From an uncultured Gammaproteobacteria bacterium (GTDB lineage Bacteria > Pseudomonadota > Gammaproteobacteria > UBA9214): a stretch of 64,000 bases of DNA. The stretch lies in NCBI GenBank assembly GCA_963748215.1, contig CAVVHS010000006.1, positions 576,001 to 640,000 of the forward strand, written 5' to 3'. Each line of letters starts with the position of its first letter. Positions within the stretch are counted from its first letter, which is position 1. A model generated the notes under the pieces. That model ran no database searches. It was not told the DNA's origin and was given only the letters and a program-made list of their open reading frames with translations. Below are positions 18,146 through 28,318 of the stretch, piece after piece. Position numbers and translations under genes: made by a program.

Positions 18146-18218
18146 CCATGCCATCAGAAGCAATGCGTCTCGGAGCAATTCGCGGACGCGTTACGCTCCT
18201 GCGGGTTATGATAGCCGC

Positions 18219-18914
18219 ATGGAATCCGAAACCATCCGCTATGTGAAGATCTGGTCCGGCTGGCTACGGCTGGCGCACTGGCTGATCGCCGCCGGCGTGC
18301 TGTTCGAACTCGCCAGCGCCTGGGCGCTGGCGCATGACGGCATCGACCCGATGTTCTGGTACGACTGGCATCTCATGATCGGACAGCTGACCGCGCTGGC
18401 CGTGTTGCTGCGCGTGGCACTGCTGTTCGTGCCCGGCAGCAGTCACTGGCGCGCCCTGCTGCCGAACCGTACCGACCGGCAGGCCATGGTACAGATGCTG
18501 AAGTTCTACCTGAGCCTGGCACGCACCCCGCTGCCGGCCTGGTATGCGCACAATCCGCTCTGGAAACCGCTTTACCTGCTGGTCCTTGCCGTGCTTCTCG
18601 CCTGCGTGGCGACGGGACAGTTCCAGGATGCGCCGTGGCTTGTGTTCGGCCAGGAACCTGACGCGCTGCACAGCTGGCTGGGTGGCGTCCTTGCGCTGTT
18701 TATCCTGTTGCATGTCATCGCGGTGTTTCTGCACGACCTCAAGGGCAAGGGCTCGCTCGTCTCGGCCATGATCAGCGGCTGGCGCTATTTTCATGTTACC
18801 CGTCAGGGCCCGATCGAAGACGCGGTGTTCAACCGGCGCACCCCGGTCGAGGTGAGCATCGACAGCCTTGGCCGGCAGAAGACCATGGACAATAACCGGG
18901 GTATCTCCGAATAA
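18219..18914 (+). CDS. Cytochrome b/b6 domain protein (Ni-hydrogenase cytochrome b-like)
   Basis: RLAHW, WH...G, HNPL, LHSW, LHVIAV heme-ligand pattern. Confidence 0.85.
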   Translation: MESETIRYVKIWSGWLRLAHWLIAAGVLFELASAWALAHDGIDPMFWYDWHLMIGQLTALAVLLRVALLFVPGSSHWRALLPNRTDRQAMVQMLKFYLSLARTPLPAWYAHNPLWKPLYLLVLAVLLACVATGQFQDAPWLVFGQEPDALHSWLGGVLALFILLHVIAVFLHDLKGKGSLVSAMISGWRYFHVTRQGPIEDAVFNRRTPVEVSIDSLGRQKTMDNNRGISE

Positions 18915-18920
18915 AAGCTA

Positions 18921-18941
18921 GCGGACGCGGTCCGCTCCTAC
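18921..18941 (-). repeat. GTAG-type REP palindrome
   Basis: Reverse strand GTAGGAGCGGACCGCGTCCGC; degenerate copy at ~18181-18202. Confidence 0.55.
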
Positions 18942-18989
18942 GGATGAGGGACGGATTACCGGCAAGTTACCGGCGTGTCAATCACGCAC

Positions 18990-19023
18990 AAAAAAACGGC
19001 CCGATGCGCGTGCACCGGGCCGT
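18990..19023 (-). terminator. Rho-independent terminator
   Basis: acggcccg/cgggccgt stem followed by a T7 tract on the minus strand, downstream of 19073..20497. Confidence 0.7.
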
Positions 19024-19072
19024 GTGATCGAGAAACCGCCTGCGCCTATCGTGCGGGCGGTTCCGGTACCGC

Positions 19073-20497
19073 TTAACTGCCGAGCTTGATACCCAGCTTG
19101 TCCAGGGTCTGGATGGTCAGGCCACCAGTCGGCAGGTCGTTCTTGCGCTGGTAAGCGTCGATTGCCGACATGGTTGCACCGCCCAGCACACCATCGGCCG
19201 GACCCGGGTTGTAACCGGCCTTCTGCAGGCCCTGCTGGATCTGCACGACCAGGTCACGCGTGGTATTGGTTTCACACAGCACCTGCTGCCATTCCAGACG
19301 CGCATCCGACACCTTGCTCTGCTTGGTCACCATCTGGTGCTTGGCCGGAATCGGAATGCGTTTCTCGGCGGCGGCCGAGACCAGCTTCTTCATGCGAACG
19401 GTCTTGTAGGTTGCCGGTACGGACACCTTCTTGATGCTGGCCGGTTCCTTGACTACCTGCTTGGTGATGGTCTTGAACTTCGCCGGCACCTCCGCGAGGC
19501 AGTAGGTCCTGCCGGTCGCCTCGCCATCGCCGCTCATGCCGGCCAGGCTCCAGCCGACCTTGGCGTCGGACATCTTCACACGCTTCGAGACGGTCTGGTA
19601 TTCGGCCTCGATCGGCGTGCGGTTTTCGGCCGAGGGCTTGACCAGCTTCTGCACGCGCACGGTATTGTACTCGGCAGGGATCTCGATCTTTTTGATCGTG
19701 GCCGGCGTCTTCAGCACGCGCTTCTCGATGGTGGTGTACTTGGCCGGGATTTCCACCAGGCACATGATCTCGCCGGTGGCATTGTCGATGCGTTCGTTCA
19801 GGCCACGACCTGTTTTCCAGGTGGTATAGGCCGGTGACTCGAGGACCTTTTCGGAGATCACGTCATACTCGGCGGGCACCTCGACGAACTTCTCCGAAGC
19901 CTCCTTCACCAGCACCTTTTCCTCGACCCACTCGAACTGCGGCTCGGACGTGGTGATTTCCTCGGCGGCAGCGGTCTTCAGCAGCTTTTCCGTCTTGGTT
20001 TCGAACTTCGCCGGCTGATAGTACTCGTTGTAGCATTGTCCGGCCTTGGCGGCGGACGGCAGCCCCAGTGCCAGTGCCATGGCAAGATCGCGATCACCGA
20101 CATCCTTCGCCTTGTTGCCGGGGCCGAGACGCCAGACCGTATGTGCGGGCTCGATTTCGATCTTTTCCTCGACCGTTTCGAACTTGGCAGGCACAGCGAT
20201 CAGCTTTTCCGATTCCTGCTGCACGGGCACCTTGACCTCGCTCCATTCATACTTGGCCGGGATGACCTCGATTTTCTCGCTGGCTTCCGCAACCACCACT
20301 TTTTCTTCAACTGTCTTGTACTGTGCCGGCACCATCACCTTGGCATAGCATTCGCCCGCGCGTGCATTGGCCGGCAGCAGACCCGCGCCTGATGCGTTGC
20401 CGTCCTCTGCAGCCTGGATTGGTGCAAACAGCATCGCACCGGTCACCGCGGTCACCGCAACGATGCCTGCAAGTGTCGATAGCTTACGAATTTCCAT
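19073..20497 (-). CDS. Exported repeat protein with C-terminal peptidoglycan-binding domain
   Basis: Signal peptide; many [VI]PA.[YF]..V repeats; IQ..L...GY.PG..DG..G..T..AI..YQ PG-binding motif. Confidence 0.85.
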   Translation of the reverse strand: MEIRKLSTLAGIVAVTAVTGAMLFAPIQAAEDGNASGAGLLPANARAGECYAKVMVPAQYKTVEEKVVVAEASEKIEVIPAKYEWSEVKVPVQQESEKLIAVPAKFETVEEKIEIEPAHTVWRLGPGNKAKDVGDRDLAMALALGLPSAAKAGQCYNEYYQPAKFETKTEKLLKTAAAEEITTSEPQFEWVEEKVLVKEASEKFVEVPAEYDVISEKVLESPAYTTWKTGRGLNERIDNATGEIMCLVEIPAKYTTIEKRVLKTPATIKKIEIPAEYNTVRVQKLVKPSAENRTPIEAEYQTVSKRVKMSDAKVGWSLAGMSGDGEATGRTYCLAEVPAKFKTITKQVVKEPASIKKVSVPATYKTVRMKKLVSAAAEKRIPIPAKHQMVTKQSKVSDARLEWQQVLCETNTTRDLVVQIQQGLQKAGYNPGPADGVLGGATMSAIDAYQRKNDLPTGGLTIQTLDKLGIKLGS

Positions 20498-20617
20498 ACT
20501 CAGGACCTCTCTGGTTTTTCTGGATGAATCGAGTGCGGTCAGCGCTCTGACGTGGCGTCAATCTCTCGCCGGGACAGCACGATGTCTGCTGGCAGACCCA
20601 CTCATTTGTCGGGGCCT

Positions 20618-20646
20618 ACTATACGGACACAGCCCCGCCGAGTCTA
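20618..20646 (-). promoter_or_regulatory. Putative sigma70 promoter
   Basis: Minus strand TAGACT-17 bp-TATAGT, ~120 bp upstream of 20497. Confidence 0.5.
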
Positions 20647-20941
20647 AAGGAAAGGACGCGGATTTCAGGCCTGTCACAAACATTCACAAAGCATGAACTG
20701 CCAGGACAATACACTGAATAATGTGGGGGTAATGGTGAGCTGCCGGCACAACAAATCGGCGTGAGTGAACAGCTTATCTTCATGTGTTTATGCAACACGT
20801 GATGATATTTTGACGAATTACGCGACAAAGTCATGCTGAATGGATGGTTTTGATCTGGCATTCAGTCGTCTGTCAGAACGGCCTGTTGCCCAGGACTCGG
20901 TGAATACTTTCGCGGATGCGATATAGGAAGCGTGCCTTTAC

Positions 20942-22081
20942 CTAGTCGACTGCCACCACCAGCAGGACGGATGACTGGATACGTTCGGCGAGATCAGCCA
21001 GTGGTGTACGCAGACCCTTCGTCGCGGCCTGGCTGCCCTCGCGATCAGGCAAGGCCTGCAGCATGACCTGCAGCATCTCCACCTTCACGGCATAGCTGAT
21101 GTTGGGCATGACCACGGGTTCCGCTGACTCGCTGACAGTACCCAGCATGGACGAGACGATACCGACCACTTCGCCATCCATGTTCAGCAGCGGTCCGCCG
21201 CTGTTGCCCGGCTGAATCTGTACCGAGGTCTGGTAACTGCCCGGGTCGTCCCGGTACCCGTTCACCGAGCTGATGATGCCGTCGGTGAGTTTCGGTGTCC
21301 GGCCCAGGATGTCGACACGCGGAAAGCCCAGCGTAAACACATTACTGCCCAGGCGTTCCGGCCCGTGCGACAGCGGCAGCGCCGGCGGCAGGCTGTCGGC
21401 GTCGTTGACGCTGAGTATCGCCAGGTCATTGACTGTATCGCGGACCGCCACCGTGGCATGCAGCTTGTGTCCGCCGACATCGTACAGGGTCACTGTTTCA
21501 CTGGAAGCCACGACGTGATTGCTGGTGATTGCATAGCCGCCGGCTACTGGCCAGGCGGTACCCGTTGATGTGCCGCTCAGGGAGTCGATGAAGATTTCGT
21601 GATCGCTGTCGGCGGTGCCCGGCACGGCGTGTACGGTCCTGCCGCCACCGTCCACGTCCGGCAGCATCGCCCGCGCCTCCTGCAAACCCTGCCCGGCCGC
21701 CTGTGCCAGCCAGTAACGCGCCTGATCACGGTCGTGTGCCACACCGCGTCCGTCGGCGTACATCATGCCAAGATTATATTGCGCGGCAGCATGTCCGCGT
21801 TCGGCAGACCTGCGATACCAGCTCGCGGCCAGTAACGGATTCACCGGCACACCCTGCCCCGCGTCATAGAGGATGCCGATATTGAGCTGTGCGTCGGCAT
21901 TACCCGCGTCGGCCAGCGGCAGCCACAATTGCAGCGCACCGCGGTAGTGGCCCGACTGGTAGGCGTCCCAGCCCCGGGCGAAGGAATCGTCCGGCAGCTC
22001 GGATGCGACGCCAATACCTGCCACCAGGGCCAGCAATATGAGGCCCTGCCACGCCACCCGGTTACTCCGACTGACTTCCAT
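20942..22081 (-). CDS. Sel1-repeat plus trypsin-like serine protease
   Basis: AQ.N.G..Y..G.GV repeats; TSNHV, DLA, PGNSGGP catalytic triad. Confidence 0.9.
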   Translation of the reverse strand: MEVSRSNRVAWQGLILLALVAGIGVASELPDDSFARGWDAYQSGHYRGALQLWLPLADAGNADAQLNIGILYDAGQGVPVNPLLAASWYRRSAERGHAAAQYNLGMMYADGRGVAHDRDQARYWLAQAAGQGLQEARAMLPDVDGGGRTVHAVPGTADSDHEIFIDSLSGTSTGTAWPVAGGYAITSNHVVASSETVTLYDVGGHKLHATVAVRDTVNDLAILSVNDADSLPPALPLSHGPERLGSNVFTLGFPRVDILGRTPKLTDGIISSVNGYRDDPGSYQTSVQIQPGNSGGPLLNMDGEVVGIVSSMLGTVSESAEPVVMPNISYAVKVEMLQVMLQALPDREGSQAATKGLRTPLADLAERIQSSVLLVVAVD

Positions 22082-22291
22082 GGCTGTCTCCGAACTTGAG
22101 TTCAATAGTACCGCTGTGGATTATCCGCACACTCTCGGTACGTCGATCACACCCGCACAGTATTTAGCGGCAGACCGGCTGGCACCCTTGAGCCGGGCGT
22201 ATTCGCCTCGTCCTGCGGCGCCATCAACCCGACCGTACCACGTACGCGCCGCTCGGCTATACTGGCGCTGTTTTCCTCACCGGGACCGACC

Positions 22292-24112
22292 ATGCCACCA
22301 ATACCCAACCAGCACGCACTGGCCCTTCTCGTATTGACAGCTGTCGCCCTGTTTCTGTTCACGCGTGAGCGCATTCCGCTGGAAACCTCCAGCCTGGTTG
22401 TGCTGGTATTGCTGACCCTCGGTTTCGAATGGTTTCCATACCATGACGGGGCCGTAACCCTGCACACGGTCGATTTTTTCAGTGGCTTCGGCCACGAGGC
22501 ACTGGTTGCGGTCTGCGGGCTGATGATCGTCGGTCACGGCCTGGTGCGGACCGGCGCGCTGGAACCGGTGGGACGCCTGCTGGCCCGCATCTGGTCGCAC
22601 AGTCCGCAGCTGACGCTGCTGCTGACACTGGTGCTGGCCGGCCTGCTGAGCGCCTTCGTCAACAATACCCCTATCGTGGTGTTGCTGCTGCCTATCCTGG
22701 TGAGCGTCTCGCTGCGTGCCGGCACCAGCGCGTCCGGCATCCTGATGCCGATGGGGCTGGCCACACTGGTCGGTGGCATGGCCACCACCATCGGCACCTC
22801 CACCAACCTGCTGGTGGTCAGCGTCGCGGCCGATCTCGGCCTGCGCCGCTTCGGCATGTTCGATTTCTTCGTACCCGCCATCATCGCCGGCAGCCTGGGC
22901 GTACTGTACCTGTGGCTGGTCGCACCGCGCCTGTTGCCGGAACGCCAGACCGCGTTGACCGATACCTCGCCGCGCATCTTCTCCGCGCGACTCAATATCA
23001 CCGAGGAGAGTTTTGCCGTCGGCCGCACACTCACGGAGTTGCTGGAGAAAACCGGCAAGGATATGAAGGTGCAGCGCATCCAGCGCGGCGAGAGCGTGCT
23101 GCTGCCGCTGCCCGATGTCACGCTGCGGGCGGGCGATCAACTGATCCTCGAGGATACGCCGGCGCAACTGAAGGAATACGAGCAGGTGCTGGGTGCCCAG
23201 CTGTTTTCCGACGGCAATGCGGTGGACGAGGAACATCCGCTGGAGGCAAAGGACCAGCAACTGGCGGAGATCGTCGTGGTACAGGGTTCGCCGCTGGTCA
23301 ACCGCACGCTGAACGCCAGCCGTTTCATCGACCGCTACCAGCTCGCCACGCTGGCCCTGGCCCAGGCCGGCCGCAAAGTGCATACGCTCAGCAAGGATAT
23401 CGGCGACATCCCTCTGCAGGTCGGCGACATACTGCTGGTACAGGGCGCGCGTGAACAGCTGGCACAGATCAAGCGCGCTGGCGACCTGCTGGTGCTGGAT
23501 GCGACCGCCGACCTGCCCTCGACGAAGAAGGCGCCGCTGGCCCTGCTGATCATGGGACTGGTGATCGTCAGCGCGGCAACCGGCCTGCTGCCTATTGCGG
23601 TCAGCGCCGTGGCCGGCGCCCTGCTGATGCTGCTGTTCGGTGGACTCGCCTGGCGCGATGTCGGCAATGCGCTGAGCAGCGCAGTTATCATGATCGTGGT
23701 GGTCAGCCTGGCACTGGGCATGGCCCTGACCCGGACCGGCGCGACGGCATGGCTTGCCGATGTCTATCTCGCGCTGACGGCCGGGCTGGCGCCTCACCTG
23801 ATCCTGAGCGGACTGATCCTGCTGATGGCCATCCTGACCAACATCGTGTCCAACAATGCCGCGGCCGTCATCGGTACGCCCGTGGCCATATCGATCGCGA
23901 ACGGTCTGGGCCTGCCGCCCGAGGCCTTCGTGCTGGCGGTGCTGTTCGGCGCCAACATGAGCTATGCCACGCCGATGGCCTACAAGACCAACCTGCTGGT
24001 GATGAATGCCGGCGGTTACACCTTTGGCGATTTCGTGCGCATCGGGCTGCCGCTGACGCTGCTCATGTGGCTGACCCTGAGCTGGCTGTTGCCGCGCCTG
24101 TATGGCTTTTGA
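22292..24112 (+). CDS. SLC13-family permease with TrkA-C domains
   Basis: SAFVNNTP, TIGTSTNL, SNNAAA, ATPMAYKTN; two RCK-C regions. Confidence 0.9.
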   Translation: MPPIPNQHALALLVLTAVALFLFTRERIPLETSSLVVLVLLTLGFEWFPYHDGAVTLHTVDFFSGFGHEALVAVCGLMIVGHGLVRTGALEPVGRLLARIWSHSPQLTLLLTLVLAGLLSAFVNNTPIVVLLLPILVSVSLRAGTSASGILMPMGLATLVGGMATTIGTSTNLLVVSVAADLGLRRFGMFDFFVPAIIAGSLGVLYLWLVAPRLLPERQTALTDTSPRIFSARLNITEESFAVGRTLTELLEKTGKDMKVQRIQRGESVLLPLPDVTLRAGDQLILEDTPAQLKEYEQVLGAQLFSDGNAVDEEHPLEAKDQQLAEIVVVQGSPLVNRTLNASRFIDRYQLATLALAQAGRKVHTLSKDIGDIPLQVGDILLVQGAREQLAQIKRAGDLLVLDATADLPSTKKAPLALLIMGLVIVSAATGLLPIAVSAVAGALLMLLFGGLAWRDVGNALSSAVIMIVVVSLALGMALTRTGATAWLADVYLALTAGLAPHLILSGLILLMAILTNIVSNNAAAVIGTPVAISIANGLGLPPEAFVLAVLFGANMSYATPMAYKTNLLVMNAGGYTFGDFVRIGLPLTLLMWLTLSWLLPRLYGF

Positions 24113-24194
24113 TGGTTCAGGCAGTACTCCCGCGCAGCACACCTGTCCGTGACGAGCTAGAATCGGGTTATACGACGCCGGGGGGCGAACTGCC

Positions 24195-24839
24195 ATGAAA
24201 CTGATAACGCGTGTGATTGCAGCATTGCTGCTGGCCGGTAACGCGGTGAGTGCAGCACCGGCCGGCACTGCCGCCGCCGGCACACTGGAGCCGGCCGCAG
24301 GCCGCTTCCTGGTCGCAAGTCGCGGTCTGTACGGACCGTATTTCAGCAAGAGCGTGATCTACCTGCTGCAGCACAATTCCACGGGTACCGTCGGCCTTAT
24401 CGTCAACCGCCCGCTGGGCAGGAATGTCGCGGAGGTGTTACCGGACGTGACAACCTTCGGGCTGGGCGGCTATCCCGTCTATAACGGCGGCCCGGTCAAT
24501 CCGAACATCATGGTGATGCTGTTCAGGGGCAGCTACAGCACGGAGCTGGCAGTGCACGTCGACGGCGATGTCTATGCCAGCAGCAACAGCGCCATACTTG
24601 AACAGATGATGACTGAGCAAAAACCCGCCCGGGAACTGCGTATGTTCGCCGGCCAGGCCGGCTGGTTACCGGGTCAGCTGGCACGAGAACTCGTGCAAGG
24701 CTCCTGGCATGTTACGGACGGTGACCCGGATACCCTGTTTGCAGGTGGCGGCAACGATCTCTGGATAAAACTGATCGACCGTCTGGATCCGCTGGGTATC
24801 CTGGTTATGGACCAGTTCCTGCCCGCACCCCGACTATAA
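24195..24839 (+). CDS. YqgE/AlgH (DUF179) family protein
   Basis: FLVA, F..SVIY, GLIVNRP, GGPV, GQAGW.PGQL..E...GSW. Confidence 0.85.
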   Translation: MKLITRVIAALLLAGNAVSAAPAGTAAAGTLEPAAGRFLVASRGLYGPYFSKSVIYLLQHNSTGTVGLIVNRPLGRNVAEVLPDVTTFGLGGYPVYNGGPVNPNIMVMLFRGSYSTELAVHVDGDVYASSNSAILEQMMTEQKPARELRMFAGQAGWLPGQLARELVQGSWHVTDGDPDTLFAGGGNDLWIKLIDRLDPLGILVMDQFLPAPRL

Positions 24840-25334
24840 CGGCGCTTCCTGGATCAACACCTGCGTACCGACCGGTACGCGCTCGAACAGCTCGATCACC
24901 TCGGCGTTGCGCATTTTCACGCAGCCGTGCGAGGACGGTACGCCCATGGCATCCTCGTCGGGGCAGCCATGGATGTAGATATAGCGGCGCATGGAATCGA
25001 CAGGGCCGAGCCGGTTGCGACCGCGCTCCAGCCCGCTCAGCCAGAGAATGCGGGTCAGCATCCAGTCACGTCCGGGGCTGGCGGCCTTCAATGCCGGCGT
25101 ATAGATCTCGCCGGTCGGACGCCGGCCGACGAACACGGTACCGTTTGCACAACCGGCGCCGATCTTCGCACGTATGACATGCCAGCCGCGCGGCGTGCAT
25201 TCGCTGTGCTGCACCTCGCCGGGCCCGTTGGCCGCGGTGGCCACGGCGACGTCCATCACGACCTTGCCGTCAGCGAGCAGCTGCAGGCGCTGTTCGTCGA
25301 TGCTGACCTTGATCAGGGAGTCGGACAGTTGCAT
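24834..25334 (-). CDS. L,D-transpeptidase (YkuD) family protein
   Basis: TPRG, IYIHG...SHGCVKM. Confidence 0.9.
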   Translation of the reverse strand: MQLSDSLIKVSIDEQRLQLLADGKVVMDVAVATAANGPGEVQHSECTPRGWHVIRAKIGAGCANGTVFVGRRPTGEIYTPALKAASPGRDWMLTRILWLSGLERGRNRLGPVDSMRRYIYIHGCPDEDAMGVPSSHGCVKMRNAEVIELFERVPVGTQVLIQEAPL

Positions 25335-25397
25335 GGCGGGATTATACGGTATGGAACATACCGGAACAGCGCCTGTCCTGCCGGTGACACTGTCACA

Positions 25398-26933
25398 TCA
25401 TCGCGGCAGGGCAGCCGGGTGCGCACCGGTAACCTGTAACAGGCCATCGTAATTGCCGTCGCTCGCCAGCCGGTAACCCGTGACGGTATTGCGGGCGGCG
25501 TAGACATGGTCCTCGTACCACAGTGGCACGTACGGGAGCTGTTCCAGCAGGTGCGCCTGCACGGCACAGTAGCCCGTACCCTGCTCTGTCAGCGTGGCGC
25601 CCTGCTCCGCCTGCTCGATGAGCCGGTCTATGGCGGCATCGGCAAAACGCCCGCGATTGGCACCCGCAGGCGGCAGCGAACTGCTGTGAAAGGCATAACG
25701 GAAAATATCCGGCGTCTTGATGCCGACCCACATCAGGCTGTACATCTGGAAATTGCCGGCCTTGATGTCACCGAAAAACGTACCCCAGTCGTAGCTGCTC
25801 AGATGCATGCGGATACCGACCTCGGCCAGCTGTTGCTGAATGATGGTGGCAATGCGCAGGCGCACCGGGTCGGTGGAGGTCTTGTAGTCGAGCACCAGTG
25901 GCCGCTCCCCGGTATAGCCGGCCTGCTGCAACAGGCCGCGTGAGCGCTGCGGATCATATTCCAGCGGCTGCAGCTGCGCGTTGCCGGCCCAGTGCTCCGG
26001 CGGCAGCAGCGCCGCGGCCGGTCGCGCCGCCCCGCCCAGCACGTAGCGGACGATGGCATCGCGATCGATGGCATGGGCAACCGCGCGACGGACCGCCAGT
26101 TCGCCGGTCACCGGTGACGCCAGGTTGAAACCGAGGTAGGCGAAATTGCTGCCCGGACCGCGCACCACATCGATGCCCGGCTGTCGTTCCAGGTAACGCT
26201 GCAGCTCGGCCGGCAGGTCGTTCTGCAGCAGGTCGATCTCGCCACGCAGCAATTTCAGGACGCGCACGGTGGGGTCGCCAATGCGCAGGAACTCGAAACG
26301 CTGGCGATCGGTGCGTCGTTCCAGCTGCAGGCGCCCCGGTTCCGGCCAGCCGGTGAAGCGGAATGGGCCGCTGCCGAGCGGGGCCTTGTGGAACGGGGTG
26401 CCGGCGTCGATTCCGCGCGCCGGCAGGATGCCGATCACCAGGTAGCCCGGAAACAGCGGATCGGCGCGATCCAGCAGGAAATCCAGCGTGTCGTCGTCAA
26501 CCACCCGGATGTCGTCGATCAGCTGCAGCGTGCCGGCATGCGGTGACTCGCTGCCCGGAGCCAGTATCGATCGGTAGGTCGCCGCGACGTCGGTTGCCAG
26601 CAACGGCGTGCCGTCGTGGAAGGCATCGCGCCGGGGATCCAGGTGAAAGCGGTAATGGCGCGGGGTGAGTTGCTCCCAGTGTGCGAGCGCGGCGACCGGA
26701 CGCACCTGGTCATCGAAGTCTACCAGGCGCCGGTACAGCAGACGGTTGATGCGCGCCGAGGTCGCGTCGGTGGCATAGCGCGGGTCCAGGTTGGCCGGGC
26801 TACTGGCCAGGCCGAAGCGGATGATGTCATCCGGTGCCGGTGTGCAGCCCACTATCACCAGCAAAACCACCGACAGCATTGCCGACAGTCGCAGCAGCCG
26901 GAGACCCGCTTTCGCCAGACTAGTGCTGATCAT
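25398..26933 (-). CDS. Peptide ABC transporter substrate-binding protein (family 5)
   Basis: LDPR, FHDGTP..A.DV, GSGPF, VRRAVAHAIDR. Confidence 0.88.
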   Translation of the reverse strand: MISTSLAKAGLRLLRLSAMLSVVLLVIVGCTPAPDDIIRFGLASSPANLDPRYATDATSARINRLLYRRLVDFDDQVRPVAALAHWEQLTPRHYRFHLDPRRDAFHDGTPLLATDVAATYRSILAPGSESPHAGTLQLIDDIRVVDDDTLDFLLDRADPLFPGYLVIGILPARGIDAGTPFHKAPLGSGPFRFTGWPEPGRLQLERRTDRQRFEFLRIGDPTVRVLKLLRGEIDLLQNDLPAELQRYLERQPGIDVVRGPGSNFAYLGFNLASPVTGELAVRRAVAHAIDRDAIVRYVLGGAARPAAALLPPEHWAGNAQLQPLEYDPQRSRGLLQQAGYTGERPLVLDYKTSTDPVRLRIATIIQQQLAEVGIRMHLSSYDWGTFFGDIKAGNFQMYSLMWVGIKTPDIFRYAFHSSSLPPAGANRGRFADAAIDRLIEQAEQGATLTEQGTGYCAVQAHLLEQLPYVPLWYEDHVYAARNTVTGYRLASDGNYDGLLQVTGAHPAALPR

Positions 26934-27384
26934 CCGTCCGGGCCAGTTCCATGCGCAGGCGCACCCGCAGGCGCCGAAAGGTCACCGGGTCAAGCATGTC
27001 GGGCAGGATCACCAGCTGTCGGCGCAGGCGGCTGCCCGTGCGGAGTTGCAGGATAACCAGCCACGGCTGCACGAAGGCCTGCCGGCACAGGGTCGCGCGG
27101 CTCACCGCACCGTCCTGCAGTTGCAGGTGACAGGTTCCGTCACCGTCCCAGGTCAGGGAGTGAATGCACCGAGGTGCCGCACGGCTGGCCTGACGCGGCC
27201 AGTGCCAGGCGAGGCTGGCCAGGATGCCGGTTGCGATGAGCAGCATGACCGGAATCGGTAACGTGGTAAACGGCAGCTGCAGGGCGGCTACCGCGTGCAC
27301 CAGCAACAGCCAGGCCGCCATGCGGCGTGAAGCCCCCAGCTCAAGACGCAGCGGCGTTGCGTATTTCCCGGACAAGGTTCGCAA
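26920..27384 (-). CDS. ygfX: YgfX-family membrane protein
   Basis: PD.L....FRRLRV.LR motif; directly downstream of sdhE. Confidence 0.75.
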   Translation of the reverse strand: MRTLSGKYATPLRLELGASRRMAAWLLLVHAVAALQLPFTTLPIPVMLLIATGILASLAWHWPRQASRAAPRCIHSLTWDGDGTCHLQLQDGAVSRATLCRQAFVQPWLVILQLRTGSRLRRQLVILPDMLDPVTFRRLRVRLRMELARTDDQH

Positions 27385-27604
27385 TATCCCGGTCGACCGG
27401 CGTCATGCGCCCCATCAGCAATTCCAGCAGTACGCCATCCGCATAGCCCAGCAGCGTATCGAAGCTACGCCGTTCGTTTGCATCCAGCGCCGCGCAGCGC
27501 GTGACCATGAAGGCGTGCAATAACTCGTCGAGCTCGCGCATGCCGCGGCGGCATTGCCAGGCCAGCCGGTTGTATTCGGCTGTCGTGCAGTCGAGGGTCG
27601 GCAT
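27341..27604 (-). CDS. sdhE: Succinate dehydrogenase assembly factor (FAD assembly)
   Basis: RLAWQCRRGMRELD motif. Confidence 0.88.
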   Translation of the reverse strand: MPTLDCTTAEYNRLAWQCRRGMRELDELLHAFMVTRCAALDANERRSFDTLLGYADGVLLELLMGRMTPVDRDIANLVREIRNAAAS

Positions 27605-28305
27605 CAGGTGGCCCGCCGGATCATCAGTTCCTTGATCCGCCCGATGGCGCGCGTCGGGTTCAGGCCCTTGGGGCAGACCTCGACGCAGTTCATGATGGTG
27701 TGGCAGCGAAACAGCTTGAACGGACCGTCCAGGCTGGCGAGCCGTTCGTCGGTGGCCTGGTCGCGGCTGTCGGCGAGGAAACGCCAGGCCTGCAGCAACG
27801 CCGCCGGACCGAGGAACCTGTCGGGGTTCCACCAGAACGACGGACAGGAGGTGGAACAGCAGCCGCACAGGATGCATTCGTACAGGCCGTCCAGTTGTTC
27901 GCGTTGCTCCGGCGACTGCAGCCGTTCCACTTCCGGCACCGGATCCTTGTTGATCAGGTAGGGATCGACGGCACGGTACTGGTGGTAGAACTGCTGCATG
28001 TCGACGATGAGGTCGCGGATGACCGGCAGGCCCGGCATCGGCCGGATGTCGATCGGTGTGCGCAGCGAGAACAGCGGGGTGATACAGGCCAGCAGGTTGC
28101 GCCCGTTTACGTTCATGCCGTCCGAACCGCACACTCCCTCGCCGCAGGAGCGCCGGAATCCGAGCGTCTCGTCCTGCGTCTTGAGCAGGAGCAGCGCGTC
28201 CAGCAGCATCATGTCGCGGTTGATCTGACTGTCGTCCAGCTCGAAGTCCTGTACGTACGGTTCCCGGTCTGTCTCCGGGTTGTAGCGGTAGATGGTCAGC
28301 TTCAT
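27604..28305 (-). CDS. sdhB: Succinate dehydrogenase Fe-S subunit
   Basis: SCGEGVCGSDG, CILCGCCSTSCP, CHTIMNCVEVCP. Confidence 0.96.
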   Translation of the reverse strand: MKLTIYRYNPETDREPYVQDFELDDSQINRDMMLLDALLLLKTQDETLGFRRSCGEGVCGSDGMNVNGRNLLACITPLFSLRTPIDIRPMPGLPVIRDLIVDMQQFYHQYRAVDPYLINKDPVPEVERLQSPEQREQLDGLYECILCGCCSTSCPSFWWNPDRFLGPAALLQAWRFLADSRDQATDERLASLDGPFKLFRCHTIMNCVEVCPKGLNPTRAIGRIKELMIRRAT

Positions 28306-28318
28306 ATCGTGCGCTCGC

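Noticed and set aside
20500-20620. Riboswitch in the leader of the PG-binding protein gene
   Set aside because: Short stems are present but I recognise no aptamer consensus.
22277-24349. Long antisense ORFs (e.g. 22277..24349, 34350..36122, 35446..37014, 39282..40745)
   Set aside because: Shadow frames of well-supported genes in high-GC DNA.
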